Shown here: positions 13,316-25,253 of the stretch, one piece after another
Position numbering within the stretch: the first letter of the stretch is position 1
Layout of the letters: each line of letters begins with the position of its first letter
Assembly (NCBI GenBank): GCA_965644295.1
Contig: CBFFRP010000041.1
Coordinates: 186,001-250,000 of the forward strand
Length of the DNA stretch: 64,000 bases
Direction: 5' to 3'
Origin: Paraphysomonas bandaiensis
Lineage: Eukaryota > Protista > Chrysophyceae
Translations under genes and position numbers: made by a program
Notes under the pieces: generated by a model
The model's database searches: none
Told to the model about the DNA's origin: nothing
The model's input: only the letters and a program-made list of their open reading frames with translations

Positions 13316-14710
13316 ATGATGGATGATATTATTGTAGCTGCTGGTAGGGGTGATTTGAATACTGTGAGGAGGTGTGTTGAGAGGGGCGATAGTATCAATA
13401 CGTATTTTGTGGTAAGAACCATGCATACATATACATACCTACCTACCTACATACATACACCATACGTACAGTGTTTGGGAACTCATATTATTGTTATTGT
13501 TTTATAGGAGAGTGGGACAGCTTTTCACTGGGCTGCCTCTAGAGGTCGCAGAGATACATGTGAATATCTCATAAGTAAAGGAGCAGATATCAATCTACGA
13601 GACAAAGTAAGAAACCCCTCTATACATACATACAGACATACATACATATACAGCGATACAGGGGCTCATATGATGTTATTGTTTTATAGAGGGGTTGGAC
13701 GGCTCTTCACTTGGCTGCCTGTAGAGGTCACAGAGATACATGTGCATATCTCATAAGAGAAGGAGCAGATATCGATCTACGAAACAGAGTAAGTAACCCC
13801 TCTATACATATACACATATACATACATTGTTATGATAGCTCATATACAAGTCTGCATATGATATGATATGTGCTTTACTGACTCATTTTGTGAAAGACGA
13901 TATGCGGTGATGTACTGTGTCACTTATTTTTATAATCATTATTTTTTGCAGGATGGAAAGACTGCTCTTGATGTGGCAAATAATGATGCGATGCGTAATA
14001 TCCTCAGAAATGCACATGTTAGTATGTATACTGTATGTTTCATCTTATTCGTAGAACCTTTGATATAACCTCATTGGAATCATATGTGTATTGTATAGGC
14101 TGAGAGGCAGAGACAAAGAGAGCAAGCGGAGGTACTGTGTGTGATATGGTGATGTAGTTATAGGTATATATGTTAGATAGTATTGGTATTGTTGGTGTAT
14201 TATACAGGTGTTTGCTATGTTTTGGTTTTAATTGAGTTTGTGTGTATTGTATAGGCTGAGAGGCAAAGACAAAGACAGCAAGTGGAGGTATGTGTGTGAT
14301 ATTGTGATGTAGTTATATGGTATATATGTTAGATAGTATTGGTATTGTTGGTGTATTATGCAGGTGTTTGTTATGTTTTGGTTGTAATTGAGTTTGTGTG
14401 TATTGTATAGGCTGAGAGGCAGGGGCAGAGACAAAGACAGGAAGTGGACGCCCCTACTGCACCTGTCTTGACGGAGAGTGTGGATGAACGTTATTTGTGC
14501 GTAATTTGTAAGGTTGAATGCTTTCTGTATATCTGAATGATTGTGCTCATGTTTTGCATTATATGTGTGCAGGAAAGAGAAAAGAATGTAATGTTGCTTC
14601 CCTGCAAACATGTATGTTTGTGTCAAGAAGCCTGCTCGAATGTTGAAAGCATTGTAAGATGTCCATTGTGCAATGAAGTTATAGTAGAGCGAATGCGTAT
14701 TTTCATATAA
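13316..14710 (+). CDS. Ankyrin-repeat / short coiled-coil / C-terminal RING-HC (IAP-type) E3 ligase
   Basis: Eight exons: 13316-13411, 13508-13606, 13690-13788, 13952-14017, 14099-14131, 14255-14287, 14411-14512, 14573-14710. ANK motifs GTAFHWAASRG, GWTALHLAACRG, GKTALDVA; RING CVICKEREKNVMLLPCKHVCLCQEAC...CPLC. Confidence 0.9.
14085..14440 (+). repeat. 156-bp tandem exon+intron repeat inside the ANK-RING gene
   Basis: tgtgtattgtatag/gctgagaggca recurs with exon starts at 14099, 14255 and 14411; the introns are near-identical. Confidence 0.9.
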
Positions 14711-15109
14711 CGCGAAAGTGTAAATTAGCAGTGCTAGGGCTGGGTCTAGTTCTTGACCTATGTATAATTACGCAGGGGACGGAAACAACATAATGATTGG
14801 TGGACCGGCAAAAATAATTCATCAGTATTGATATTGTTAAAGTAGCTCACAATATATTGCAATCAATTTTTCTTGTCATACATTAGAAACTTTTTATTTG
14901 TGGTATGCACATTTAATATACGTGAACGCCTGTTCAGCGAAGTGCGCAGCAAAACATTTTGTATTCGTATTGCGCAAAAGTATGCATTCTACTACACTTA
15001 ATATGCTGTTGCTTATGACAGTTGTGTCCGCCCCCATATGCTCATATATTGTCGACTAGTTTATAGTTATATGTGTATACACACACCTATGACTGTATAG
15101 TTTATATGT

Positions 15110-15230
15110 AGTGCTATTTGTATTGATTAGTTACCGGTAGACGTCTAACTAGCTTGACTAGTATTCATCTAGCTACTAAGTTGATACTGATTCTTAACGC
15201 CGACTGCTGATAAAAACACCTTCAATATAT
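15110..15230 (+). mobile_element. Solo 3' tail of the dispersed retroposon family
   Basis: tttgtattgattagttaccggtagacgtctaactagcttgactag...ttaacgcc matches 63065-63178. Confidence 0.75.
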
Positions 15231-15484
15231 AAGTCATACAGACCTATGAGATATCCTGCATAATAAACACGAGTGTGATTTATGCGGAACAGCAAAACTC
15301 AACAAAATTAAGTTTATTTATCAATATATATTTAAATAATAGAAAATCGCTGCAGCAGGTATTCCACGCAGTAATACGAAATATATCTGGTATTCAGCTA
15401 ATAATACTAATAAGATAAATAATCACTCCACATTTCAGAACAATATGGCAATAAAAACACACAAAAGTGTAAGTGTATATTACA

Positions 15485-16929
15485 CTAGATATCTTTCATA
15501 TCCTCCAAATCAGAGGCATCGAAAGAGAAAGTATCGCCGCTACTATGAGATGCCGTTATTGTTCTAGGGGATAACGAATATACCTCGGAAACTTTACGAA
15601 AATTTTTCCCAATCGTTGTAAACTTGTTCACGGCAATCACCTGAACCCCACATCACGCCTTTATAGAATAGAAATTTCACGTACCGCTTTAACTGCCACA
15701 CGAAACTTTTTTAGAGCTTGAAATCGCTTTAGATTCTTCACTGCAGTTTGCAAGGGCTTTCTTGATATGGCGGACACCTTCGTGTTTAGCTATGCAAAAA
15801 TTATTATAAGCGCTATGTCCTAGTTCACGCAGCACACTTACCCACGGGTGGTTCAAAGCCTCCGTAGCAGTAAATCTTTTTTCTACATCTATTTCCAGTA
15901 ATCCAGATATAAAACTTTTTGCATCATATGAAATGTCACTCCATTCAGTTGAAGGGAATGAATACGAGCCTTGGCAAATAAGGCGAAACATTTCCCTATC
16001 ATTGTGGTGATGGAAGGGTGGATATCCACACAGTAGTATATAGGTTATTACGCCTATCGACCACATATCCACTGAATGACCGTATAGACTACCATTTAGA
16101 ATCTCCGGGGCAATATAATATGATGATCCACACTTAGCACTTAGCGTAGGACCCTCACAATAAGTTGCGAGCCCAAAATCAGATATTTTTATTGCAGAGT
16201 CATCTTGATCATTCAATACCAAAATGTTTTCAGGCTTCAAATCCCTGTAAAAAATTATCACGCCAAATAGGAAATAAAATGCGGAACGAGTACATGCGAG
16301 TAAAACAAGTGTTTGTTGCTTGATATACCTATGAACAATGTTCTGACTGTGCAGATAGCTAACCGTTGAGAGTATAACTCGAAGTGCTTTCCGTGCTCCG
16401 TCCTCACAGTATTTATCCCGGCTCACTATACGGTCAAACAGCTCTCCGCCCTTCGCGTATTCGAGGACTATACGGACTTCTTCACTAATTCTGTAGCACC
16501 CAAAAAAATTAACTATATGCGGGTGTTTGAGTGATTTCATCAGAGACACTTCGTTCGATATTCTCTTCTCGTCCTCCTCAGTCAGCTTTGCGCTATTAAT
16601 GCATTTAACTGCGACATCTTTTCCAGATCTCAAATCAGTGGCCAGCATTACTACTCCAAAAGCCCCCATTCCCAGCTATAGCAATATTCTTAATCAGAAA
16701 CCAATCTAGCGGTGCATTGATATACCTTTTTGTCGCTCATCTTATACGTAGAAGAAAAACCAGAGTCATCAGCAGCTTCGTTTAAGTGGGGCACTTCTCT
16801 GAGAGCGCTTAAGTCTTTATCCGTTAATATGGAGGATAGAACTGATTCAGATGGACTCTCAGGAGATACTCCTGTGAGCCATAGCACGGCGTAGACAATT
16901 GGATGCTCCCAGTAACACGAATGATTCAT
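15485..16929 (-). CDS. CAMK-group Ser/Thr protein kinase (CaMKI-like)
   Basis: GMGAFGVV, VAVKCI, GGELFDRIV, HRDLKPEN (split by an intron), DFG, APE, DMWSIGV; basic calmodulin-binding-like tail; TAG at 15485-15487. Confidence 0.9.
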
Positions 16930-17181
16930 TCCTGCACCGGATACATTATAGAGAACTAGATAATACGACTATGGACAATTCATAGGAATGGGAATGACAT
17001 CTAGACGTACAGTATAATATGAATGGATAGATGTGGAATCTGTAATAGTAAATTCGTGCAAATGCATCTGATGTAGAGATCTCTACACTGCATGGAAGGA
17101 TGCCTGCATGATCACTGCAAGTACAGAAAAAAACTAATCATGGAATAGGGAATATTGGGGTAAACGGAACCGGTTCCAATT

Positions 17182-17265
17182 TATATGTACCTGTAGATAT
17201 ATGTACCTGTAGATATATGTACCGGTAGATATATGTACCTGTAGATATATGTACCTGTAGATATG
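17182..17265. repeat. 16-bp minisatellite (tatatgtacctgtaga) x5 in a divergent promoter
   Basis: Five consecutive units, one carrying a single substitution. Confidence 0.92.
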
Positions 17266-17440
17266 CTTTGCAGATCTCCATAAGTACTGGACGAGTGGAT
17301 AGTCCACAGCAGTGTAACATGCGGTGCTAGCATTGGCACCTCACCTCATACTATAGACGGAGTGGACTATATCTTCTATCACTCAAAACACATGAACCAA
17401 TAAACACCACACCTGCTTCTCTCCTTCACCATCTGTCTCA

Positions 17441-19038
17441 ATGGTCTCTGTAGTACGTGGAGTCATGTATCTCATTCCCCCCCTAAAGAGATGTCGCTAT
17501 CGGCTTAACGTATCTCATAATAATATGATACTATCATCCATTCCTCATAGAGTGACTCATAGATATCTCTGTATAGGAGATGATAGTGATGTGAGACTCT
17601 CTCTCACTCAAATATCGATGCAACTCAATTGGTCGAAATTATCTATTAACGACGAGAAGAAACTGATTTTAGACGCAACTGAACTGATAAAACCTATGGA
17701 ACAAGTTAATAGCTTCACATCACAACATCTTCATGTTGTATTGGGAGTTCTTGAAAATATGAAAACTGATTGCTTGGAGCGGGATGGGTTTATCGATCTC
17801 ATATCTTGTCTTATGGCGCCTTACCCACAACTTAACGAGAGGGATGCATGGGTGTTCGTCAGAAGCGTTAAGTGTTTACGAAGTGAAAATGAGAGTGTTA
17901 GAAAGTTATTGTCTCTTATGTATTCAAAGATTAACTATACTTCGTCCACTTCGGATATGGTATCCGCGGACACTGCTTTGTGTTCTATTTCAGGGCTGCA
18001 AGGATTATCCAGTGACTGTGCAGTTGTGAGAGAGCTTGTCTCAGTGTTATCACTAAAATTAAAAGAAAAAACTATGCACCAAATATCACTTGCTGCTTTT
18101 CGAGGTGAGTAACTTTCTGGAATATGCTTTACAACGTCATTATAAATTTTATAGAAGCATTGAGAGGTCTTCGACGGATGAATAGTTCATATTCAGAGGT
18201 TAGAGACCTTCTCTGCACCCTCACTGAGTTTAAGAAGCGCTACAACCGTGAAGACGAAAACAATAGCTCGCTGTCGGGCATTGTGTCTCCATGGAGGTAC
18301 GGTTTCCCCTATATGAACAATAACTACGATGAAGTCCGAGAATTCATATTAGCTCTTGGCCCTCGTGCCCATTTGTACTCCCCTGATTACGACAAATATA
18401 AATATCAAAATGGTAGTTATATCGATATCATGATTCATCTTGGCCTAGAGCCACACTCTACGGAATTTTTGGAGAAGAACGGACGATTAATACAGTCCAT
18501 TCATGAGGCTGGACATGTTGTTGCTAGTTATTTCGTGGAAAATTCTCCCTGTCAGGCCTCGAATGTATCTATTGGATCACTTGCGTACGCTTACATACCA
18601 CATGATATTGAGAAGATCGGGTCGACGGAAAAATGTTTTCTGGCGCACATCAGCAGCTGCATGGCAGGTCTTGCGGCGGAGCACGTCGTTTTCGGAAGTG
18701 TGACATACGATGGTTCAGATGCCGATATAAAGAAATCGATAGTGGAGATATCTGAGCAATACACAAGTGATGGCATATTTATACCCAGAAGACAAGAAAA
18801 TATTTCGTTTGGAAAGCTGATTGAGTTTGTTTACTCCTGTTTTATAGAAGTGTTTTTTGTCAGAGAAGCACAGTGGATATCTGATCATATATTTTCCACC
18901 ATATGCTCTCAGTTTTTGGTCTCATGTGAAGTACTGACTCGAAAGAAGAATTGCCTAATTGCCATGGCTGATTCATTGAATAAGAATGGGAAGCTATCAG
19001 AGCGGCAAATTAAGAGTATTATATCCACCACGGAGTAG
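17441..19038 (+). CDS. Helical-repeat protein fused to a C-terminal peptidase M41 (FtsH protease-like) domain, without an AAA+ domain
   Basis: Intron at about 18106-18154 joins the two ORFs. HEAGH zinc motif, MAGLAAEHVVFG, GSDADI and a terminal LIAMADSL...LSERQI helix all align by eye with the FtsH protease domain. Confidence 0.8.
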
Positions 19039-20272
19039 ATATCGTAGAATTTGTATGTATATACCAAAAATGTCATATATAGTTGATACATTACATCTTG
19101 TTTTTCACAATAAAGATGGGAGTAGTTGTACGAATAGTACAGTACATGCTATACACATTGACAATATACTTAATTTTGTTCAGGTCCTTGTTAACTGTTT
19201 GACAGGGTTTTTTCATTATTCACTAGCAGATTTCATGTTGACAATATTCACGTTTTACACAAACTACTGATTCATGTTGTACTATGTTACTGAAACCCTT
19301 TTGTGTATAACGTATAACATCAACTTGTCTGACACATATATGATTATTGAAGCTTCTATCAAGTTTAAGTACTAACATAGTATATTAAAACACTATAAAT
19401 ATACGATTAAAAGTAGAATTAAAAGAACTAATCATACATATAAAGGATAATTTTTATTTAGTCCATCAAAACACAACAAAATATTCTTCATACCCAAACT
19501 ATAAAATAATTATCCTGGATAAAATCAGTCTCACGTTTTCGTGTGTCATTCCGTGATACTTCCTTCATTATCCAAACTATTCACAGTTTATAGTCATATG
19601 GTAATATGTGCGAGCAAATGATGTTAGTATGCACGCCTCCACTAGAAGAACTCGAGTCCTGAACCGATTCTGTGAACGTTCTAGGGGACATCGTAGGTGA
19701 GCGGGTTAATGAACCAGGTCCAATTCCACAGAAACACTGCATTCGCTCTGGCTTCTAATAAAGTTCACATGCAATGGTTATCGAGGACTATGCATAGCTC
19801 CGCAGAACTCCACAAGCCTCATGTAGTGTGTTGTCCACAATATGAGATGATGTTCCACACGTTGATCAATAGTGTGGAATCAATTGGTGGAAGTCATCTG
19901 AATGTATCGTGTAAGCGGTGTGTGAGGGAAGTGAAGGGCTATCTATTGTATATCTACCATATATATACCACAATGGATGCAACTGAGAGAGATGACATCA
20001 AGGAGACTACAGGCGTACACCTCTATTGATACTTAACAACCTTAGTCCACATACACCCAAGAGGGGAACACACAATGATATCACTGTTACCTGTTACCAA
20101 TTCCATGATAGTACATCACGCACACTATATAGGCAGGAAGAATTCTGTCTGCGGAATATGTCGCAAAAAAATCCAGGCTTTTTTGAGGCATGTTGTTTTT
20201 TGACGAATATATTTCAGAGAAATAACGAAAAAAAGGTCGATTTTTTTGCTAGATCGACTTATTCCCACAGGT

Positions 20273-21468
20273 TGTATGTATGTATGTATGTATGTATGTA
20301 TGTATGTATGTATGTATGTATGTATGTATGTATGTATGTATGTATGTATGTATGTATGTATGTATGTATGTATGTATGTATGTATGTATGTATGTATGTA
20401 TGTATGTATGTATGTATGTATGTATGTATGTATGTATGTATGTATGTATGTATGTATGTATGTATGTATGTATGTATGTATGCATGTATGTATGTATGTA
20501 TGTATGTATGTATGTATGTATGTATGTATGTATGTATGTATGTATGTATGTATGTATGTATGTATGTATGTATGTATGTATGTATGTATGTATGTATGTA
20601 TGTATGTATGTATGTATGTATGTATGTATGTATGTATGTTGAATGAATGTATGTATGTATGTATGTATGTATGTATGTATGTATGTATGTATGTATGTAT
20701 GTATGTATGTATGTATGTATGTATGTATGTATGTATGTATGTATGTATGTATGTATGTATGTATGTATGTATGTATGTATGTATGTATGTATGTATGTTG
20801 AATGAATGTATGTATGTATGTATGTATGTATGTATGTATGTATGTATGTATGTATGTATGTATGTATGTATGTATGTATGTATGTATGTATGTATGTATG
20901 TATGTATGTATGTATGTTGAATGAATGTATGTATGTATGTATGTATGTATGTATGTATGTATGTATGTATGTATGTATGTATGTATGTATGTATGTATGT
21001 ATGTATGTATGTATGTATGTATGTATGTATGTATGTATGTATGTATGTATGTATGTATGTATGTATGTATGTATGTATGTATGTATGTATGTATGTATGT
21101 TGTACCTCTGTATGTGTGTATGTATGTATGTATGTATGTATGTATGTATGTATGTATGTATGTATGTATGTATGTATGTATGTATGTATGTATGTATGTA
21201 TGTATGTATGTATGTATGTATGTATGTATGTATGTTGAATGAATGTATGTATGTATGTATGTATGTATGTATGTATGTATGTATGTATGTATGTATGTAT
21301 GTATGTATGTGTGTATGTATGTATGTATGTATGTATGTATGTATGTATGTATGTATGTATGTATGTATGTATGTATGTATGTATGTATGTATGTATGTAT
21401 GTATGTATGTATGTATGTATGTATGTATGTATGTATGTATGTATGTATGTATGTATGTTGAATGAATG
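20273..21468 (+). repeat. About 1.2-kb (TATG)n microsatellite with recurring TTGAATGAATG interruptions
   Basis: Directly visible; interruptions at 20639, 20798, 20917, 21235 and 21458. Confidence 0.98.
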
Positions 21469-21538
21469 TGAGGTTCTTTCAACTTCTATTGTATGCACTT
21501 ACGCCTTGACTTCCTACTTAGAATTAATTCAGTTGACC

Positions 21539-22015
21539 ATGAACACATCTCTTCGCAGAGCCTTACTTCCATCCTTCAGTCGAAGGTGCTTTTCTAATTT
21601 TGTGTTACCTGGAGACCAGAGTGCCTTTGATGCCCTCACGAAGCAGGACGGTAAAGTAATATTGTACTACACCGCTAGCTGGTGCCCTCCGTGTAAGACC
21701 ATAAGTCCTATCTATGAGAAGTTAAGCAAGTCGTACAGGTATATGTGTGGGTGTATACTGTTTTTGTGTACTTAATATGTTTTAGTGGAATAACTTTTGC
21801 TAAAATTGATGTTGATGCCCTTCCCGGCGCTGCTGACTTTGCCAACATTCGGAGCGTGCCCACATTTCAATTTAGAAACGGCGGTGACAAAGTTGCGGAG
21901 GTGAGGCATCTAATTTACTTTTCGTGGTTTAATATGTTGGACTTTTATATTACAGTTCAGCGGAGCAGATGCGGGCCGACTCGAGCAACAAATCAAACAA
22001 TTAAACGATGCTTAA
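21539..22015 (+). CDS. Thioredoxin, probably mitochondrial
   Basis: Presequence-like MNTSLRRALLPSFSRRCFS, active site WCPPC, KIDVD, RSVPTFQF, FSGAD; two introns. Confidence 0.92.
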
Positions 22016-22352
22016 TAGACGTATAGTGACGTCTTCTGTCAGTATAGGCTATCCCATGTACATTCTTGCGATTTAAAGGCTGTATAGTGTAATTATATAA
22101 TACTGGCGGATTATAATTTATTACTTGCTATGATATGTTATAGGTTATTGGTTATAGTTGCAGAACGAATATCGCATAAACGCCACATATATATACCAAT
22201 ACAGTGAGCAGTTTAGATACTATTTTTAGGCGTAGTTGCTTTTAATTACCACTTCTGTACCTTGCTAGAACGGAAATTCAGTAGTTATTACGTTATTACT
22301 ACTACATCGAGTTCCACGTACAGCGACTTTTATCCCGCACTCTATGGTTTAC

Positions 22353-24755
22353 CTATCCATATCTCCCTCCATAAGTTCTTACACCACTATCTCCTGGGCC
22401 AGAATCATACGTGCTACCTCCATCAGATGAGTTAACGGCACTTCCCCAGCCGCTACTCGTAGACCCACCCCAGAGATCGGCATCTGTTCGCTTTGTTGCA
22501 TAGGGTTTACCTGGTGGCGCTAGGTTATTAGCAGTTGATGAACTTTTACTGGCGGGTATCGATGTGTTCAGGGGGTTTCTGGTGCTGGTGCTGTGATGGG
22601 AGATTTTCTCCTCCTGTAGCTCGATGTCCCCCTCGAAATCTGCATCCGACGAGGTGCCGTTGCTTCCGTCCTCTAGGGGGCTCTTGGAAAGTAGAGCAGC
22701 TGTGTCTCGCGGCGAACCCATGCGGGACTCCTGAATATGCAGCTGGTGACTAAGGGCCCGCAACTGTCCAGCTACGAGTTTCTTCCCCGCTTCCAATTCT
22801 TCCTTGTCCTGTTCACTCAGCTTATGGCAACAATCAGGTACGGCAACGGAATCCTCATCCTCAAATCCCGCAAACTTCATGATGCGTGCGTATACGTTAA
22901 ACAGAGTAAACAATCCTACCACCGCGGTTATAATGGGCGCATATATGCTAAAGGAGTCCCCAAACAGTGGTACGAACTGCATGCTCTCCATGAGGCCCTG
23001 GAACGAAGTGTTTTCTATTCTATAGAAACATGAGATAACATAGGAGAAGCGACACTTAGACGGTCTAACTTACTTTTTGACATTAAGAAACAGGAGGAAA
23101 TTATAACCAAGGGAGAATTGAAGCCTCGACAGATACGTCGCATTGAAAAGTAGAGAAGAGTCTGGGGACTGATGGGGCCCCTGCAGTGTAAACGACCACC
23201 CCAAGTTCATTTTAAATAGCGACCAAAACGTACACAGGGACATGTAGAAGAGGTATGCGAACGCGATTGATTGTACTATGAATACACCTGCACCCTCAGA
23301 GCTGAGACCCACGATGATATCCCCAATGGGTGATCTGGAATTCGAGGACATATTCAGCTCAGAGTAAAAGATTAAGCATGATGCAAGACCACATATCACG
23401 GACATAACCCTACACGCTGTAGTGTACAGGTACTTCCGCCAGAAAAAACGTACAGAGTCGTAGGAACGCAAAAAGGTGTAGCTGAAGTAGGCCACTGAAC
23501 CCAGTGGGGGTACAGATCGTGGCGAGACAACGGTCTTCATTTCGCACCAACCAGCCTCTTCTATGCGCAGAGTACCATCCAAAAGGCTCTGCGTACGCAA
23601 TACAGATATGAGATACCAAGCAAGAAACACATACTACAGCATTCATTGGGACAATCAACCGCACCTCCTCCACCTTGACTTTAAGCAATAAGTTCCTCCA
23701 TCTGTGTTCTGCAGCGGTAACTCGTAGTTGTGCCCGCTTTACCCGCCCATGCAACGCTACAAGTGACTTCTTATCGATTGCTACTTTATCGGAGCTATTC
23801 ATCTTCCGGTGCTTGTTGGAAGTTGAACGCAATGCAAAATCAAAAGACTGTACACGCTGTTGAATGATATCCGCAAGGGGCTTGAGAGAACGGTCGGATA
23901 GAGAGGATTCGAAGGAGTCCATAACGCGTTTCACTTCAGCTTCGCAATCCTCCAATTCAAAACGAGCGTCGTGGAAAGCGGTCTCCACCGACAGCGACTG
24001 CAACAGAAATAAATCAATTTCCCTCACGGGGGGTACACATTGCTACATGACACAACTTGGAAATTACGCACCAGAAGGTAAAGGCGAGTCAGTTCCACGC
24101 CTGTATTCCCCATATGCCACAGGCGGCGAGGAAGAGCAACCAAGCCGTTGCCCATGAGGAGAATGATGAGTACGACACCATATGTGTTACCCATTGCCAT
24201 CATAAACCCTATAAAATGAACAGCTCCGGCTGATCCTTTTGTCGCGGCCACGTATATAATAAATATAACCATCACAACTACTCCCGCCATGTAAGATATG
24301 CAGTTGGACTTCAAAGCCTCCAGGAGCTGCGAAAGTAAGTAGTGATAAGTGTGCAGCCGAGTCAATACTACCATACCTTTCCAACACAAGTGAATTCGCC
24401 GGATAAGTGGTACGCCATTTGAACTGGTAAAATTATCCATGCCAGCACAAATGTGCTGAACGAAAAAATAGTATAGGTCACTCTATGTATATAATGGTAT
24501 ACGTGCAGTTGATTACCTCCAGTATATAGCACTCCACAACTCATCCAGTGCCTTGCTTCTCTCATTGTCAACTAATGTGATAGCCATGTCAAAAGGAAGC
24601 AATACAGTGCCCGCAAATCCCAGTGCCCAAGATATATAGGTCGCAATAGTGACATCCATGGTAACCATAGGAGATTTATAGTATTTGACTAAGTAGCCCA
24701 CAAGAATGAGCATCAGGATGACTTCCACGACAAGGAGCTCGAAGGTTGTTGCCAT
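22353..24755 (-). CDS. LMBRD2: LMBR1-domain membrane protein (LMBRD2-like)
   Basis: Multiple TM helices; LLPFD, MAMGNTYG...LMGNGLVALPRRLW, SLLFNATYLSRLQFSLGYNFL, VPLFGDSFSIYAP; five introns. Confidence 0.85.
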
Positions 24756-25253
24756 GTTGATAGAAGTTGAGTAGATTACTTTAACAATATGCTTCTATAA
24801 TAAGCCGATCATCTTCAGCAGATAGTGTCTATATATAGTCTGCAGAGTGAACCTACGAGCTGAGCTGTTAGCATACAGCTGTATGATATTAACAGCATAC
24901 AGCTCTATGACCCGCTGCTGTATGCGGCATACTGTGTACTGTACATAGTGAACTACACCGTACAGCAGCTCCTAGGAAGATCAGAATCTGGTGTATGGTA
25001 TAGGAGTATACCGTATACTGCTGCTGTATTCGATACAGCACGTATGCCATTATAACCGCACAGTGCGTCGTTTTGTGTGTACAGTGTACAGCTATGTACA
25101 GCAGCCGTATAGTGCATCATAGTATAGGTATACTTACTGCGTCACTAGTACCAAGTAAAGCATAGTATCGTATGTAGCATAGGAGAGTGTTATAAGGGAG
25201 TGGCCATCATATAATTTCACCTGACCATAAACACCATTGCATCCCTCTTCCTA

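Noticed and set aside
14085-14440. CRISPR-like repeat-spacer array
   Set aside because: The units are whole exon+intron duplications with no unique spacers, in a eukaryotic context without cas genes.
20026-21498. Long MYVC / HTYI repeat ORFs on both strands
   Set aside because: They are translations of a stop-free (TATG)n microsatellite; there is no evidence they are proteins.
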